The notes under the pieces are model-generated. The model saw only the letters and a list, made by a program, of their open reading frames with translations. It did no database searches and had not been told where the DNA came from. This document shows positions 1 to 10,996 of a stretch of DNA of 64,000 nucleotides, piece after piece. Within the stretch, counting starts at the first letter, position 1. Each line of letters starts with the position of its first letter. This DNA comes from an uncultured Pelagibacteraceae bacterium (GTDB lineage: Bacteria > Pseudomonadota > Alphaproteobacteria > Pelagibacterales > Pelagibacteraceae). The stretch covers positions 4,776 through 68,775 of the forward strand of contig CAJWPG010000001.1 in the NCBI GenBank assembly GCA_913045275.1. The letters are read 5' to 3'. The position numbers were made by a program, and so were the translations under genes.

Positions 1-274
1 ATTTAATAGAAAACACAATTTAAATGAAATTAAAAATGTTTTGTCAACTTCTCCAGGATGTAAATTGGTTGATGAACATAAGGATGGCGGGTACATAACT
101 CCAGTGGAAGCTGAAAATAAATTTGAAACATTTATTTCAAGGATTAGAGAAGACAATTCTCAACCTAATTCAATAAATCTTTGGATTGTCTCAGATAATT
201 TACTTAAAGGCGCAGCACTAAATGCTGTAGAAATTGCAGAAGCATTGATTGAAAAAGATTTTTATGGAAAATAA
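1..274 (+). CDS. asd: Aspartate-semialdehyde dehydrogenase, C-terminal part (5' truncated by window edge)
   Basis: Frame open from position 2; C-terminal signature SRIRED...LWIVSDNLLKGAALNAVEIAE. Confidence 0.93.
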   Translation, partial: FNRKHNLNEIKNVLSTSPGCKLVDEHKDGGYITPVEAENKFETFISRIREDNSQPNSINLWIVSDNLLKGAALNAVEIAEALIEKDFYGK

Positions 275-647
275 CAACCCATTATCTCCACACATACAAA
301 TATATAAATGGCATGTTTCTTCTTTAGTTTCGATAGCTACTAGGATCGCAGGAATTATAAATATATTAGCCACAACTTTAATTTGTATTTGGTTTTCCAG
401 TTTGCTTTTTGGAGAATCTAATTATGAAATTATTAAAGTATTTTTACAGTCTTTCTTTGGTAAATTTATAGCTATAGGAATTACTTGGTCATTTAGTTTT
501 CAAATATTAAGTGAAATCAGACATTTGATCATGGATCTTGGCTATGGATTTGAATTAAAAACAACAAATATTACAGGAATGATTGTAATTATTTTTTCAT
601 TTATATTTACAATATTAATTTATTTATTAGGGAGACAATTTATTTAA
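264..647 (+). CDS. sdhC: Succinate dehydrogenase membrane anchor, large subunit (cytochrome b556 family); heme-ligand His absent
   Basis: NPLSPHIQIY start motif, S-x-x-x-R, IRHLIMDLGYG, three hydrophobic segments; ATG at 264 preferred over the ORF-track start at 249. Confidence 0.93.
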   Translation: MENNNPLSPHIQIYKWHVSSLVSIATRIAGIINILATTLICIWFSSLLFGESNYEIIKVFLQSFFGKFIAIGITWSFSFQILSEIRHLIMDLGYGFELKTTNITGMIVIIFSFIFTILIYLLGRQFI

Positions 648-976
648 TGAGACCAGTAACTAAGAAATGGTTATTTTTAAAAATAAGCTCTTTTATTTTA
701 ATTCCATTAATGCTTTGGTTTATTATTAATTTTGTTTCTTTTTATGATAAAAATTATCAGGAAATCTTAAAATTCTTGACAACACAACCTTCCAAGTTTT
801 TGTTTAGTTTGTTTTTAATATTTGCTTACTTTTTTTCAGCATTAAGCATAAGCGAAGTATTTGAAGACTATATCCATGATGAAAAAATCAAAAATGCCGC
901 AAACAAAACTCTAAATATTTTTGCTATATTTTTCCCATTAATAACTATTATTATAATATTTAATCTAAGCTTATGA
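647..976 (+). CDS. sdhD: Succinate dehydrogenase membrane anchor, small subunit; heme-ligand His absent
   Basis: Lies between sdhC and sdhA; three hydrophobic segments; EVFEDYIHD motif. Confidence 0.88.
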   Translation: MRPVTKKWLFLKISSFILIPLMLWFIINFVSFYDKNYQEILKFLTTQPSKFLFSLFLIFAYFFSALSISEVFEDYIHDEKIKNAANKTLNIFAIFFPLITIIIIFNLSL

Positions 977-2748
977 GCGAATATAATATTATAGATCATG
1001 AATATGACGTTGTTGTGCTTGGTGCCGGAGGCTCTGGTTTAAGAGCTGCGGTTGGTCTAAGTGAGGCAGGATTAAAAACAGCATGTATTTCAAAAGTTTT
1101 TCCAACAAGAAGTCATACTTCGGCTGCTCAAGGAGGTATATCAGCAGCATTAGGTAATATGGGCGAAGATGATTGGCGATGGCATATGTATGATACTGTT
1201 AAGGGATCAGACTGGTTAGGCGATCAAGACTGTATTGAATATTTATGCAAAGAAGCGCCAAGAGCCGTTTTAGAATTAGAAAGATATGGTGTTCCATTTA
1301 GTCGTACAAAAGATGGAAAAATTTATCAAAGATCTTTTGGGGGGATGACGAAAAATTATGGAAATGAAACTGTTCAAAGGACTTGCGCTGCAGCAGATAG
1401 AACAGGTCATGCCATACTTCATACCATGTATGGTCAAGCACTGAAACATAATACTGAATTTTTTATTGAATATTTTGCTTTAGATCTATTAATGAACAAT
1501 GGAGAATGCAAAGGTTTAATAGCTTGGAATTTAAATGATGGAACAATTCATAGATTTAGATCTCATATAACTATAATAGCGACAGGTGGATATGGGAAAA
1601 CATATTACTCATCGACTTCTGCCCATACATGTACAGGTGATGGTAATGGTATGGCTTTAAGAGCAGGATTACCATTGCAAGATATGGAATTTGTTCAGTT
1701 CCATCCAACAGGAATTTATGGACATGGAACATTAATATCTGAAGGAGTTAGAGGTGAAGGTGGTTACCTCCTAAACTCTAAAGGAGAAAGATTCATGGAG
1801 CGTTATGCTCCAAAAGCTAAAGATCTCGCATCTAGAGATGTAGTTAGCAGATCGATAGCTATTGAAATTAATGAAGGAAGAGGTGTTGGAAATGAAAAAG
1901 ATCATGTTCATCTTCATTTAGATCATTTAGATCCAAAAGTTATTAAAAACAGATTGCCAGGAATATCAGAATCTTCAAGGTTATTTGCAAATGTTGATGT
2001 TACAAAAGAACCAATACCAGTTGTACCAACAGTTCATTATAATATGGGGGGTATTCCAACTAATTATAAAGCTGAAGTTATAACTTTGGACGGTACTGAG
2101 AAAACTGTATCTGGACTTATGGCAATTGGAGAAGCAGCATGTGTTTCAGTTCATGGCGCTAATAGGCTAGGTTCAAATTCATTAATCGATCTTGTAGTTT
2201 TTGGACGAGCTGCAGCAATAAGAGCAGCTGAAATAGTTAAGCCAGGAACTCCTCATGAGAAAATTCCAGAAAATGAAACTGAAAAATGTATAGATAGATT
2301 TGATAAGTTTAGAAATGCTAACGGTGAAAATAAAACTGCTGACTTAAGATTGGCCATGCAAAAAACAATGCAATCAAAATGTGCGGTTTTTAGAACTGAA
2401 AAAACTTTAAAAGAAGGAATTAATGAAATTAGAAAACCGTTTGATGGAATGGACTCAATATCAGTAAAAGATAAATCATTAATTTTTAATACTGATTTAG
2501 TTGAAACACTGGAGTTTGATAATTTAATTAGACAGGCTATAGTTACAATGGACTCAGCTTATCTACGAAAAGAAAGCAGAGGTGCTCATGCAAGAGAAGA
2601 TTTCTCAAAAAGAGATGATAAAAATTTCATGAAACACACAATATCCTGGTGTAACGGAAGCGAGACTAAAATTGATTATAGACCTGTTCATACATCAACT
2701 TTGACGAACGAGGTGCAATATTTTCCTCCACAAGAGAGAGTATATTAA
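973..2748 (+). CDS. sdhA: Succinate dehydrogenase flavoprotein subunit
   Basis: GAGGSG FAD motif, [11 protein letters not shown] flavinylation site, [17 protein letters not shown]. Confidence 0.98.
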   Translation: MSEYNIIDHEYDVVVLGAGGSGLRAAVGLSEAGLKTACISKVFPTRSHTSAAQGGISAALGNMGEDDWRWHMYDTVKGSDWLGDQDCIEYLCKEAPRAVLELERYGVPFSRTKDGKIYQRSFGGMTKNYGNETVQRTCAAADRTGHAILHTMYGQALKHNTEFFIEYFALDLLMNNGECKGLIAWNLNDGTIHRFRSHITIIATGGYGKTYYSSTSAHTCTGDGNGMALRAGLPLQDMEFVQFHPTGIYGHGTLISEGVRGEGGYLLNSKGERFMERYAPKAKDLASRDVVSRSIAIEINEGRGVGNEKDHVHLHLDHLDPKVIKNRLPGISESSRLFANVDVTKEPIPVVPTVHYNMGGIPTNYKAEVITLDGTEKTVSGLMAIGEAACVSVHGANRLGSNSLIDLVVFGRAAAIRAAEIVKPGTPHEKIPENETEKCIDRFDKFRNANGENKTADLRLAMQKTMQSKCAVFRTEKTLKEGINEIRKPFDGMDSISVKDKSLIFNTDLVETLEFDNLIRQAIVTMDSAYLRKESRGAHAREDFSKRDDKNFMKHTISWCNGSETKIDYRPVHTSTLTNEVQYFPPQERVY

Positions 2749-3521
2749 TGGTTCAAATAAATTTACCCAAAAACTCTAAAGTACAGAAAGGAGAGTATTT
2801 TAAGGATAAAACAGGATCAAAAAATATTAGAAAAGTTAATATTTATAGATGGGATTCTTCAACTGGCAAAAATCCAAGAATAGACACTTATGAAGTTGAT
2901 ATGGATAATTGCCCATCAAAAGTATTAGACCTTCTAAATAAAATTAAAAATGAAATAGATCCATCAATTGCTTATAGAAGATCTTGTGCTCATGGAGTTT
3001 GTGGTTCTTGTGCTATGAATATGGATGGAAAAAATGGCTTGGCTTGCACCAAACCTCATTCAGAAATAAAAGGAGATATAAATATTTATCCCTTACCTCA
3101 TTTAAAGGTTCAAAAGGATTTAATTGGAGATTTAGACACTTTGTATAAACAGTATCATTCCGTTGAGCCATGGTTAAAAAATTCTGCAAAAAATAATGAT
3201 AAAGAAAACTTACAATCTATAGAAGATAGATCAAAATTAGATGGTCTTTATGAATGTATAATGTGTGCTTGTTGTTCAACCTCATGCCCAAGCTATTGGT
3301 GGAATGGGGATAAATATCTCGGTCCAGCAGTTTTGCTTCAAGCATACAGATGGATAATTGATAGTAGAGATGAGGATAAAAAAGAAAGACTTCAAAAGGT
3401 TGCAGATGAATTAAAACTCTATAGATGTCATACCATTTTGAATTGTACAAATGCATGTCCAAAAGGTTTAAATCCAGCAAAAGCTATTGCTGAAATAAAA
3501 AAAATGCTTGCAACGACTTAA
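2748..3521 (+). CDS. sdhB: Succinate dehydrogenase iron-sulfur subunit
   Basis: [27 protein letters not shown] and [14 protein letters not shown] cysteine clusters. Confidence 0.98.
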   Translation: MVQINLPKNSKVQKGEYFKDKTGSKNIRKVNIYRWDSSTGKNPRIDTYEVDMDNCPSKVLDLLNKIKNEIDPSIAYRRSCAHGVCGSCAMNMDGKNGLACTKPHSEIKGDINIYPLPHLKVQKDLIGDLDTLYKQYHSVEPWLKNSAKNNDKENLQSIEDRSKLDGLYECIMCACCSTSCPSYWWNGDKYLGPAVLLQAYRWIIDSRDEDKKERLQKVADELKLYRCHTILNCTNACPKGLNPAKAIAEIKKMLATT

Positions 3522-3545
3522 TTACTTATTTAAACAATTTTACAA

Positions 3546-5039
3546 ATGAATTTAATTGAACATTATATTGATGGAAAATCTTTTTCTGGCTCATCTGATA
3601 AAAAAGGCAAAATCTTTAACCCAGCAACCGGCAAACAAGAATCTGAAGTAAGACTAGGCTCAAGAGCAGATTTAGACTTAGCAGTAGAAAAAGCAAAAAA
3701 AGCATTTGAAAGTTGGTCTAATACACCACCTTTACAAAGAGCAAGAATAATTTTTAAATTTAAAGAATTAGTTGAGAAAAATTCTGATGAATTAACCAAG
3801 TTGATTGTTAATGAACACGGCAAAGTTTATGAAGATGCCAAAGGTTCTTTAACAAGAGGATTAGAAGTTGTCGAATTTGCTTGTGGCATACCACAAATGC
3901 TTAAAGGTGAATTTACAGAAAATGTTGGCACAAATATAGATAGTTGGTCAACTAGACAACCGTTAGGAGTTTGTGCGGGCATTACTCCGTTTAATTTTCC
4001 TGCGATGGTTCCTATGTGGATGTTTCCAATGGCAATTGCTTGTGGAAATACTTTTGTTTTAAAACCTTCAGAAAAAGACCCTTCTTGTGCAATGAAATTA
4101 GCAAACTTATTTAAAGAAGCAGGTTTACCGGATGGTGTTTTTAATATCGTAAATGGAGATAAAGAAGTTGTTGATGCTATTATAGAAAATAAAGATATTC
4201 CAGCTGTAAGCTTTGTTGGTTCAACACCAATTGCAAAGTATATTTACGAAAATGCAGCAAAGAATGAAAAAAGAGTTCAAGCTTTAGGAGGAGCAAAAAA
4301 TCACTGCGTAGTGATGCCAGATTGCGATTTAGATCAAGCTATAAATGGATTAATGGGTGCTGCATATGGATCTGCCGGAGAGAGGTGTATGGCCCAATCA
4401 GTAGCTGTTGCTGTAGGCAACATTGGAGATGATTTAGTTAATCAAATATCAAAAAAAGTTGAGACACTCAAAGTTGGGCCTGGGATGGATAAAGCATCTG
4501 AGATGGGACCTTTGGTAACCAAAGAACATTTAGAAAAAGTGAAAGGATATGTTGATTTAGGAGTAAAAGAAGGTGCAAAATTGGTTGTAGATGGTAGGAA
4601 CATCAAGCTTCAAGGTTATGAAAATGGCTATTATATTGGTGGATGTTTGTTTGATCATGTTAAAAAAGATATGAGAATATATAAAGAAGAAATTTTTGGA
4701 CCAGTTTTATCTGTCGTGAGAGTTAAGAATTTTAATGAAGCCCTTCAACTTATAAATGATCATGAGTTTGGAAATGGAACAAGTATTTATACAAGAGATG
4801 GAGATGTGGGAAGAACTTTCGCAAATAAAATAAAAGTTGGAATGGTTGGAATAAACATACCTATTCCAGTTCCTGTTGCTTATCATAGTTTTGGAGGATG
4901 GAAGAGATCCTTGTTTGGAGATCAACATATGCATGGTCCAGAAGGCGTAAGGTTTTACACTAAATTAAAAACTATAACTTCAAGGTGGCCATCTGGCGTT
5001 AGATCAAATCCTGAATTTGTTATGCCGGTAATGAAATAA
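3546..5039 (+). CDS. mmsA: CoA-acylating (methyl)malonate-semialdehyde dehydrogenase
   Basis: ALDH family with [30 protein letters not shown] and [15 protein letters not shown] signatures. Confidence 0.95.
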   Translation: MNLIEHYIDGKSFSGSSDKKGKIFNPATGKQESEVRLGSRADLDLAVEKAKKAFESWSNTPPLQRARIIFKFKELVEKNSDELTKLIVNEHGKVYEDAKGSLTRGLEVVEFACGIPQMLKGEFTENVGTNIDSWSTRQPLGVCAGITPFNFPAMVPMWMFPMAIACGNTFVLKPSEKDPSCAMKLANLFKEAGLPDGVFNIVNGDKEVVDAIIENKDIPAVSFVGSTPIAKYIYENAAKNEKRVQALGGAKNHCVVMPDCDLDQAINGLMGAAYGSAGERCMAQSVAVAVGNIGDDLVNQISKKVETLKVGPGMDKASEMGPLVTKEHLEKVKGYVDLGVKEGAKLVVDGRNIKLQGYENGYYIGGCLFDHVKKDMRIYKEEIFGPVLSVVRVKNFNEALQLINDHEFGNGTSIYTRDGDVGRTFANKIKVGMVGINIPIPVPVAYHSFGGWKRSLFGDQHMHGPEGVRFYTKLKTITSRWPSGVRSNPEFVMPVMK

Positions 5040-5041
5040 TT

Positions 5042-6004
5042 ATGAGCAAAATATCTTTAATTGGTGCAGGGCAAATTGGAGGAACTTTGGCTCATCTAAT
5101 TGGACTTAAAGAATTAGCCGATCAAGTTGTAATGTTCGATGTAGCAAGCGGTATAGCAAAAGGTAAAGCTCTTGATATTGCACAATCATCATCAGTAGAT
5201 GGATTTAATGTTAATTTTTCTGGCACAGATAATTATGAAGATATTAAAAATTCAGATGTAATAATTATTACTGCCGGAGTTCCCAGAAAACCAGGAATGA
5301 GCAGAGATGATTTATTGGGAATAAATCTAAAAATTATAAAACAAGTTGCTGAAGGAATAAAAACTCATTCCCCAGAAGCTTTTGTAATTTGTATAACAAA
5401 TCCGCTAGACGTGATGGTTATGGCATTTCAAAAGTATTCAGGTCTACCAGCAAATAAAGTAGTTGGTATGGCTGGAATATTAGATAGTTCAAGATTTAAA
5501 CTTTTTTTGTCACTAGAGTTGGACGTTCCAGTTAAAGAAATTGATGCAATGGTAATGGGTGGTCATGGAGACACAATGGTGCCATTGCCAAGATTTACAA
5601 AGGTATCTGGAAAACCTTTATTAGGTCTTGTTAAAGAGGGAAAAATTTCTTCAGAAAAATTAGAAAGTATAAATCAAAGAACCAGAGATGGAGGTGCTGA
5701 GATAGTTAAATATTTAGAAAAAGGTTCAGCTTTTTACGCGCCAGCAGCATCAGGAGTTGAAATGGCCTCAGCATATATGAATGATGAAAAAAAACTTTTA
5801 CCTTGCGCAGCATATATGAACGGAGAATATGGAGTTGAAAAAATTTATGCTGGTGTTCCAGTTATTATAGGAAAAAATGGAATAGAAAAAATTGAAGAAA
5901 TAGAATTAGACGATAAAGAAAAATCAGAATTTAATCATTCGATAGAGGCCGTAAAAAAATTGTGGGAGGCAGCATCTGCCATTGATCCAGATTTAAAAAA
6001 ATAA
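5042..6004 (+). CDS. mdh: Malate dehydrogenase (LDH-like)
   Basis: [26 protein letters not shown]; upstream of sucC. Confidence 0.97.
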   Translation: MSKISLIGAGQIGGTLAHLIGLKELADQVVMFDVASGIAKGKALDIAQSSSVDGFNVNFSGTDNYEDIKNSDVIIITAGVPRKPGMSRDDLLGINLKIIKQVAEGIKTHSPEAFVICITNPLDVMVMAFQKYSGLPANKVVGMAGILDSSRFKLFLSLELDVPVKEIDAMVMGGHGDTMVPLPRFTKVSGKPLLGLVKEGKISSEKLESINQRTRDGGAEIVKYLEKGSAFYAPAASGVEMASAYMNDEKKLLPCAAYMNGEYGVEKIYAGVPVIIGKNGIEKIEEIELDDKEKSEFNHSIEAVKKLWEAASAIDPDLKK

Positions 6005-6007
6005 TTA

Positions 6008-7168
6008 ATGAATATTCACGAGCACCAGGCAAAAAAAATATTAAAAAATTATGGTGCAAAAGTTCCAAAAGGCATTTTTGCTTTTAAAGTGCAAGAATTG
6101 TTAGAAAAAGCCAAAACTTTAAAAACAGAGAAATATGTTTTAAAAGCTCAAATCCATTCTGGAGGCAGAGGAAAGGCCGGAGGTGTAAAATTAGTCAATA
6201 ATTTAAACGATTTAGAGAACGAAGCAAAAAATTTAATTGGAAAAATATTGGTAACACACCAAACAGGACCAAATGGAAGAAAGGTTAAAAGACTTTATGT
6301 AGAAGAAGCATCGGCAATTAATAAAGAATTTTATTTGTCATGTTTGGTAGATAGAGAAAGTTCTAAAATTGCATTTATATCAAGTGATCAAGGAGGAATG
6401 GATATAGAAGAAGTTGCAAATAAAAATCCAGAAAAAATTTTAACTACAAAGGTTGAATTTAGCGATCAAATTTCTGAAGACGATTGTAAAAAAATTTTAG
6501 GAATATTTAATTTAGGTCAAGAAGCAAACGAAGAAGCAATTAAATTAATTAAATCAATTTATAAAATGTTTATTGAAACAGATGCAAGTCTGGTTGAGAT
6601 CAATCCACTTATTTTAACTAAAGATAATAATATTGTTTGTTTAGATGCAAAAATGAACTTTGATGATAATGCACTTTTTAAACATCCCGAAATTATGGAA
6701 CTAAGAGACTTAAATGAAGAAGAAGAAACAGAAATAGAAGCGAGCAAACATGATTTAGCTTATATTAAGTTAAATGGCAACATAGGATGCATGGTGAATG
6801 GCGCCGGACTTGCAATGGCAACAATGGATATTATCAAATTGTACGGAGAGGAGCCTGCAAACTTTTTAGATGTGGGAGGCGGAGCTTCAAAAGAAAAAGT
6901 TTCAGCGGCTTTCAAAATAATTTTATCTGATAAAAATGTTAAAGGTATATTAATTAATATATTTGGAGGAATTATGAGATGTGATGTTCTTGCAAAAGGA
7001 TTAGTAGAAGCAGCCAGAGAAATTAAAATAAATGTTCCATTAGTTGTAAGATTGGCGGGAACTAATTTTGAAGAAGGTAAAAAAATATTAGACAATTCCG
7101 GACTAAAAATTATTTCAGCATCTGATCTTGGTGATGCAGCAGAAAAAGTAGTTGAGGCAATAAAATAA
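6008..7168 (+). CDS. sucC: Succinyl-CoA synthetase beta subunit
   Basis: MNIHEHQAK, KAQIHSGGRGKAGGV, NGAGLAMATMD, NIFGGIMRCD. Confidence 0.98.
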   Translation: MNIHEHQAKKILKNYGAKVPKGIFAFKVQELLEKAKTLKTEKYVLKAQIHSGGRGKAGGVKLVNNLNDLENEAKNLIGKILVTHQTGPNGRKVKRLYVEEASAINKEFYLSCLVDRESSKIAFISSDQGGMDIEEVANKNPEKILTTKVEFSDQISEDDCKKILGIFNLGQEANEEAIKLIKSIYKMFIETDASLVEINPLILTKDNNIVCLDAKMNFDDNALFKHPEIMELRDLNEEEETEIEASKHDLAYIKLNGNIGCMVNGAGLAMATMDIIKLYGEEPANFLDVGGGASKEKVSAAFKIILSDKNVKGILINIFGGIMRCDVLAKGLVEAAREIKINVPLVVRLAGTNFEEGKKILDNSGLKIISASDLGDAAEKVVEAIK

Positions 7169-7171
7169 ATT

Positions 7172-8047
7172 ATGTCAGTTTTAATTAATAAAAATACTAA
7201 AGTTATATGCCAAGGTTTCACAGGATCTCATGGTACGTTCCATTCTGAACAAGCAATAAAATATGGAACTAATTTAGTTGGCGGAGTTACACCAAAAAAA
7301 GGAGGACAGATTCACCTAGAGAGACCGGTATTTAATACTGTTAAAGAAGCTAAAGAAAATACAGGAGCCAACGCTTCCATGATTTATGTGCCTGCAAAAT
7401 TTGCGGGAGCAGCAATAATTGAAGCTATAGATGCTTCGATGGAATTAATAATTTGTATTACAGAAGGAATTCCAGTTTTAGATATGCTTAGAGTTAAACA
7501 GAAATTAATAAAATCAAATTCAAGATTAATTGGTCCAAATTGTCCAGGCATCATTACTCCAGATGAATGTAAGATTGGTATTATGCCAGGAAATATACAC
7601 AAAAAAGGTTCTGTGGGCATTGTCTCAAGATCTGGAACTTTAACTTATGAAGCAGTTGCACAAACTACTGAAAATGGAATGGGACAAACAACTTGCATTG
7701 GGATTGGAGGAGATCCAATTAATGGAACAAACTTTATTGATTGTTTAGATTTATTTTTAAATGATGAAGAAACAAAATCTATTTTGATGATTGGCGAAAT
7801 AGGCGGAACAGCAGAAGAGGAGGCAGCAGAATTTGTAAGAAATCATAAAATAAAAAAACCGATGGTAGGTTTTATAGCAGGATTAGCGGCTCCCAAAGGT
7901 AGAAGAATGGGGCATGCAGGCGCTATAATTTCAGGTGGAAAAGGAGGAGCAAAGGACAAAATTAAAAAAATGGAGGAATGTGGGATTACTGTTGCAAAAT
8001 CGCCATCAGAAATTGGAAAAACTTTATTTAATAAATTGTCCAATTGA
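7172..8047 (+). CDS. sucD: Succinyl-CoA synthetase alpha subunit
   Basis: [27 protein letters not shown] phospho-His motif. Confidence 0.98.
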   Translation: MSVLINKNTKVICQGFTGSHGTFHSEQAIKYGTNLVGGVTPKKGGQIHLERPVFNTVKEAKENTGANASMIYVPAKFAGAAIIEAIDASMELIICITEGIPVLDMLRVKQKLIKSNSRLIGPNCPGIITPDECKIGIMPGNIHKKGSVGIVSRSGTLTYEAVAQTTENGMGQTTCIGIGGDPINGTNFIDCLDLFLNDEETKSILMIGEIGGTAEEEAAEFVRNHKIKKPMVGFIAGLAAPKGRRMGHAGAIISGGKGGAKDKIKKMEECGITVAKSPSEIGKTLFNKLSN

Positions 8048-8086
8048 AATCATTCTTCTAGTATTATATTTTAAAAAATAACTTAG

Positions 8087-10996
8087 ATGACATCATCAAA
8101 AAATCTAGAATATAAAAAAACATCCTTTCTTAGCAAATCTAATAGTGCATTTATTGAGCAAATGTATTTAAAATTTATCAATAAAGATTCCGATTTACCT
8201 GAAAGTTGGAGAAATTATTTTTTAGATATTGGAGAAGAAATTGATTTGGTAGCAAAAGAAATAAATGGACCAACATGGAGCCGAGAAAAGAAAAAGATTG
8301 ATTTAGACGAAATTCAAAAAAATATTGATAATGAAGAACAGAAGCTTTCAGTAGAAAAACAAAATAATTATATTGATAAAACAGATTTTATAAAAGAAAA
8401 TAGAGATTCTATTAGAGCGGTTTCTTTGATTAGATCGTATAGACAAAGAGGGCATTTAATATCAAAAGTTGACCCTTTAGAGATAAGAGAAAGTGAATAT
8501 CTGGACGAACTCCATCCAAGTAGTTATGGATTTAATAAAGACGACTATCAAAAAAGAATTTATTTAGATGGAATTACAAATAAAAAATATTCAAATATTA
8601 GCGAAATATTATCTTTTCTTAAAAAAACTTATTGTGGTTCAATTGGTTATGAATATATGCATATTTCCAATCCAACTGAAAGAAAATGGATTAGAGATAG
8701 AGTCGAAAAAGATGAAAATGCGCTTCAATTTACAAAAAATGGAAAAAACGCAATTCTGAACAAACTTATACAAGCCGAGGGTTTTGAAAAATTTTTAAAT
8801 ACAAAATTTGTTGGAACAAAAAGATTTGGTTTAGATGGCGCGGAAAGTTTAATACCAGCTTTAGAACAAATAATTAAAATAGGTGGGCAATGTAAAATTA
8901 AAGAAGTCAAGATTGGAATGTCTCATAGAGGTCGACTTAATGTTTTAGCAAATGTACTTCAAAAATCTTATAAAAGAATCTTCAATGAGTTTGCGGGTGA
9001 AATTAGTAATGACGGAAAAGATGCGGCCGGTGATGTTAAATATCATTTAGGAGCTTCTTCAGATAGAGAATTTGATGGAAATTCTGTTCATGTAAGTTTA
9101 ACAGATAATCCATCTCACTTAGAGGCTGTAAATCCAGTAGTATTAGGGCAAACTAGAGCAAAACAGTTTTTTCACAAAGACAAAGAGAGAAATAAAGTTA
9201 TTCCAATATTAATCCACGGAGATGCAGCTTTTGCTGGACAAGGTATTGTAGCAGAATGTTTTGCCATGTCGGGTTTACCAGGACATAATACCGGTGGAAC
9301 AATTCATATAATAGTAAATAATCAAATAGGTTTTACTACTAGCCCTAGGTTTGCAAGATCTTCACCACATCCTTCAGATGTTGCAAAAATGGTAGATGCT
9401 CCAATTATCCATGCTAATGGAGACAATCCAGAGGCTGTAGTTTATGCAACAAGAATAGCAACAGAATTTAGATTAAAATTTAATAGAGATGTTGTTATTG
9501 ATTTGGTTTGTTATAGAAGATTTGGACATAACGAGGGAGACGAACCTTCATTTACTCAACCGTTAATGTATAAAAAAATTAGATCACATCCTTCAACAGT
9601 AAATATTTATGGAGAAAAATTAATTAATGATAACTTAATCTTAAAAGAAGAATTAAATTCACAAATTAAAAAATTTAAAGATCTTTTAGGTCAACAATTT
9701 AAAACAGCAAAAGATTATAAACCCAAAATTGAATGGTTTGAGGGAACTTGGTCTAGATATAAACCGGAGAAAGGAAAAGATAAAAGAGGCGCAACTGGAG
9801 CAGAATTAAATATTCTATCTAATATATCAAAAAAGATTAATATAGTACCTTCTGAATATAATATTCATAAAACAATTGGCAAAATTCTAGATAATAGAAA
9901 ACAAACAGTGGAGCAAGGTTTTGGTATTGATTGGGCTACGGCAGAAGCTTTAGCTTTTGGATCTTTATTAGAAGAAGGATATCCAGTTAGATTAGTAGGA
10001 CAAGATTCTGGAAGAGGTACTTTTAGCCAAAGACATTCTGTACTAAGAAATCAAGTAGATAATTCTAGATATATTCCACTCAATAATATTTCAAAAAATC
10101 AGAAAAATTTTGAGGTTGTGGATAGTTTTTTATCAGAATTAGCTGTACTAGGTTTCGAATATGGGTATAGCCTCGTTGCGCCAAATACTTTAACGATATG
10201 GGAAGCACAGTTTGGAGATTTTGCTAATGGAGCCCAGATAATTATTGATCAATTTATATCATCCGGTGAAAGAAAATGGAAAAGAGCATCGGGATTAGTA
10301 ATGCTATTACCACATGGTTATGAAGGTCAAGGACCCGAACATTCTTCGGCAAGATTAGAAAGGTTTTTACAATTATGTGCAAATGATAATTTGCAAGTTA
10401 TGAATTGCACAACACCAGCCAATTATTTTCATGCACTTCGCAGACAATTATTGCGAGATTTTAGAAAACCTTTGATAATGATGGCTCCAAAATCCTTGCT
10501 AAGAAATAAATATTGCACATCAGAGCTTAAAGATTTTAGTAAAGAAAATTCATTTCATAGAGTTATGTGGGATCATTCTATGGACCCAGAGACTAAAGGT
10601 TTTATAAAATTAAAGAGCAATTCGGATATTAAGAAAGTAATTTTGTGCTCAGGAAAAGTATACTTTGATTTATTATCAGCTAGAGAAAAGCTTAAAAAAG
10701 ATGATGTAATACTTTTTAGAATTGAACAACTTTATCCTTTTCCAGTAAAAAGCCTTGTAAAAGAATTAAAACCATTCGCAAAAAATGCTAATTTTTATTG
10801 GTGTCAGGAAGAACCAAAGAATATGGGCGCATGGTTATTAGTTAGAGACTATATCCGATGGACATTAGATACTATTAAGGCTAAAAATAGCGAAATTTCT
10901 TACATAGGAAGAAATCCAGATGCATCAATAGCAACTGGTTATGCCAAAAGACATCTTTCAGAACAACAAGAAATTATAAATAAAGTATTTGAATAA
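8087..10996 (+). CDS. sucA: 2-oxoglutarate dehydrogenase E1
   Basis: HRGRLN, GDVKYHLG, HGDAAFAGQG TPP motif, WEAQFGDF, HGYEGQGPEHSS. Confidence 0.98.
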   Translation: MTSSKNLEYKKTSFLSKSNSAFIEQMYLKFINKDSDLPESWRNYFLDIGEEIDLVAKEINGPTWSREKKKIDLDEIQKNIDNEEQKLSVEKQNNYIDKTDFIKENRDSIRAVSLIRSYRQRGHLISKVDPLEIRESEYLDELHPSSYGFNKDDYQKRIYLDGITNKKYSNISEILSFLKKTYCGSIGYEYMHISNPTERKWIRDRVEKDENALQFTKNGKNAILNKLIQAEGFEKFLNTKFVGTKRFGLDGAESLIPALEQIIKIGGQCKIKEVKIGMSHRGRLNVLANVLQKSYKRIFNEFAGEISNDGKDAAGDVKYHLGASSDREFDGNSVHVSLTDNPSHLEAVNPVVLGQTRAKQFFHKDKERNKVIPILIHGDAAFAGQGIVAECFAMSGLPGHNTGGTIHIIVNNQIGFTTSPRFARSSPHPSDVAKMVDAPIIHANGDNPEAVVYATRIATEFRLKFNRDVVIDLVCYRRFGHNEGDEPSFTQPLMYKKIRSHPSTVNIYGEKLINDNLILKEELNSQIKKFKDLLGQQFKTAKDYKPKIEWFEGTWSRYKPEKGKDKRGATGAELNILSNISKKINIVPSEYNIHKTIGKILDNRKQTVEQGFGIDWATAEALAFGSLLEEGYPVRLVGQDSGRGTFSQRHSVLRNQVDNSRYIPLNNISKNQKNFEVVDSFLSELAVLGFEYGYSLVAPNTLTIWEAQFGDFANGAQIIIDQFISSGERKWKRASGLVMLLPHGYEGQGPEHSSARLERFLQLCANDNLQVMNCTTPANYFHALRRQLLRDFRKPLIMMAPKSLLRNKYCTSELKDFSKENSFHRVMWDHSMDPETKGFIKLKSNSDIKKVILCSGKVYFDLLSAREKLKKDDVILFRIEQLYPFPVKSLVKELKPFAKNANFYWCQEEPKNMGAWLLVRDYIRWTLDTIKAKNSEISYIGRNPDASIATGYAKRHLSEQQEIINKVFE

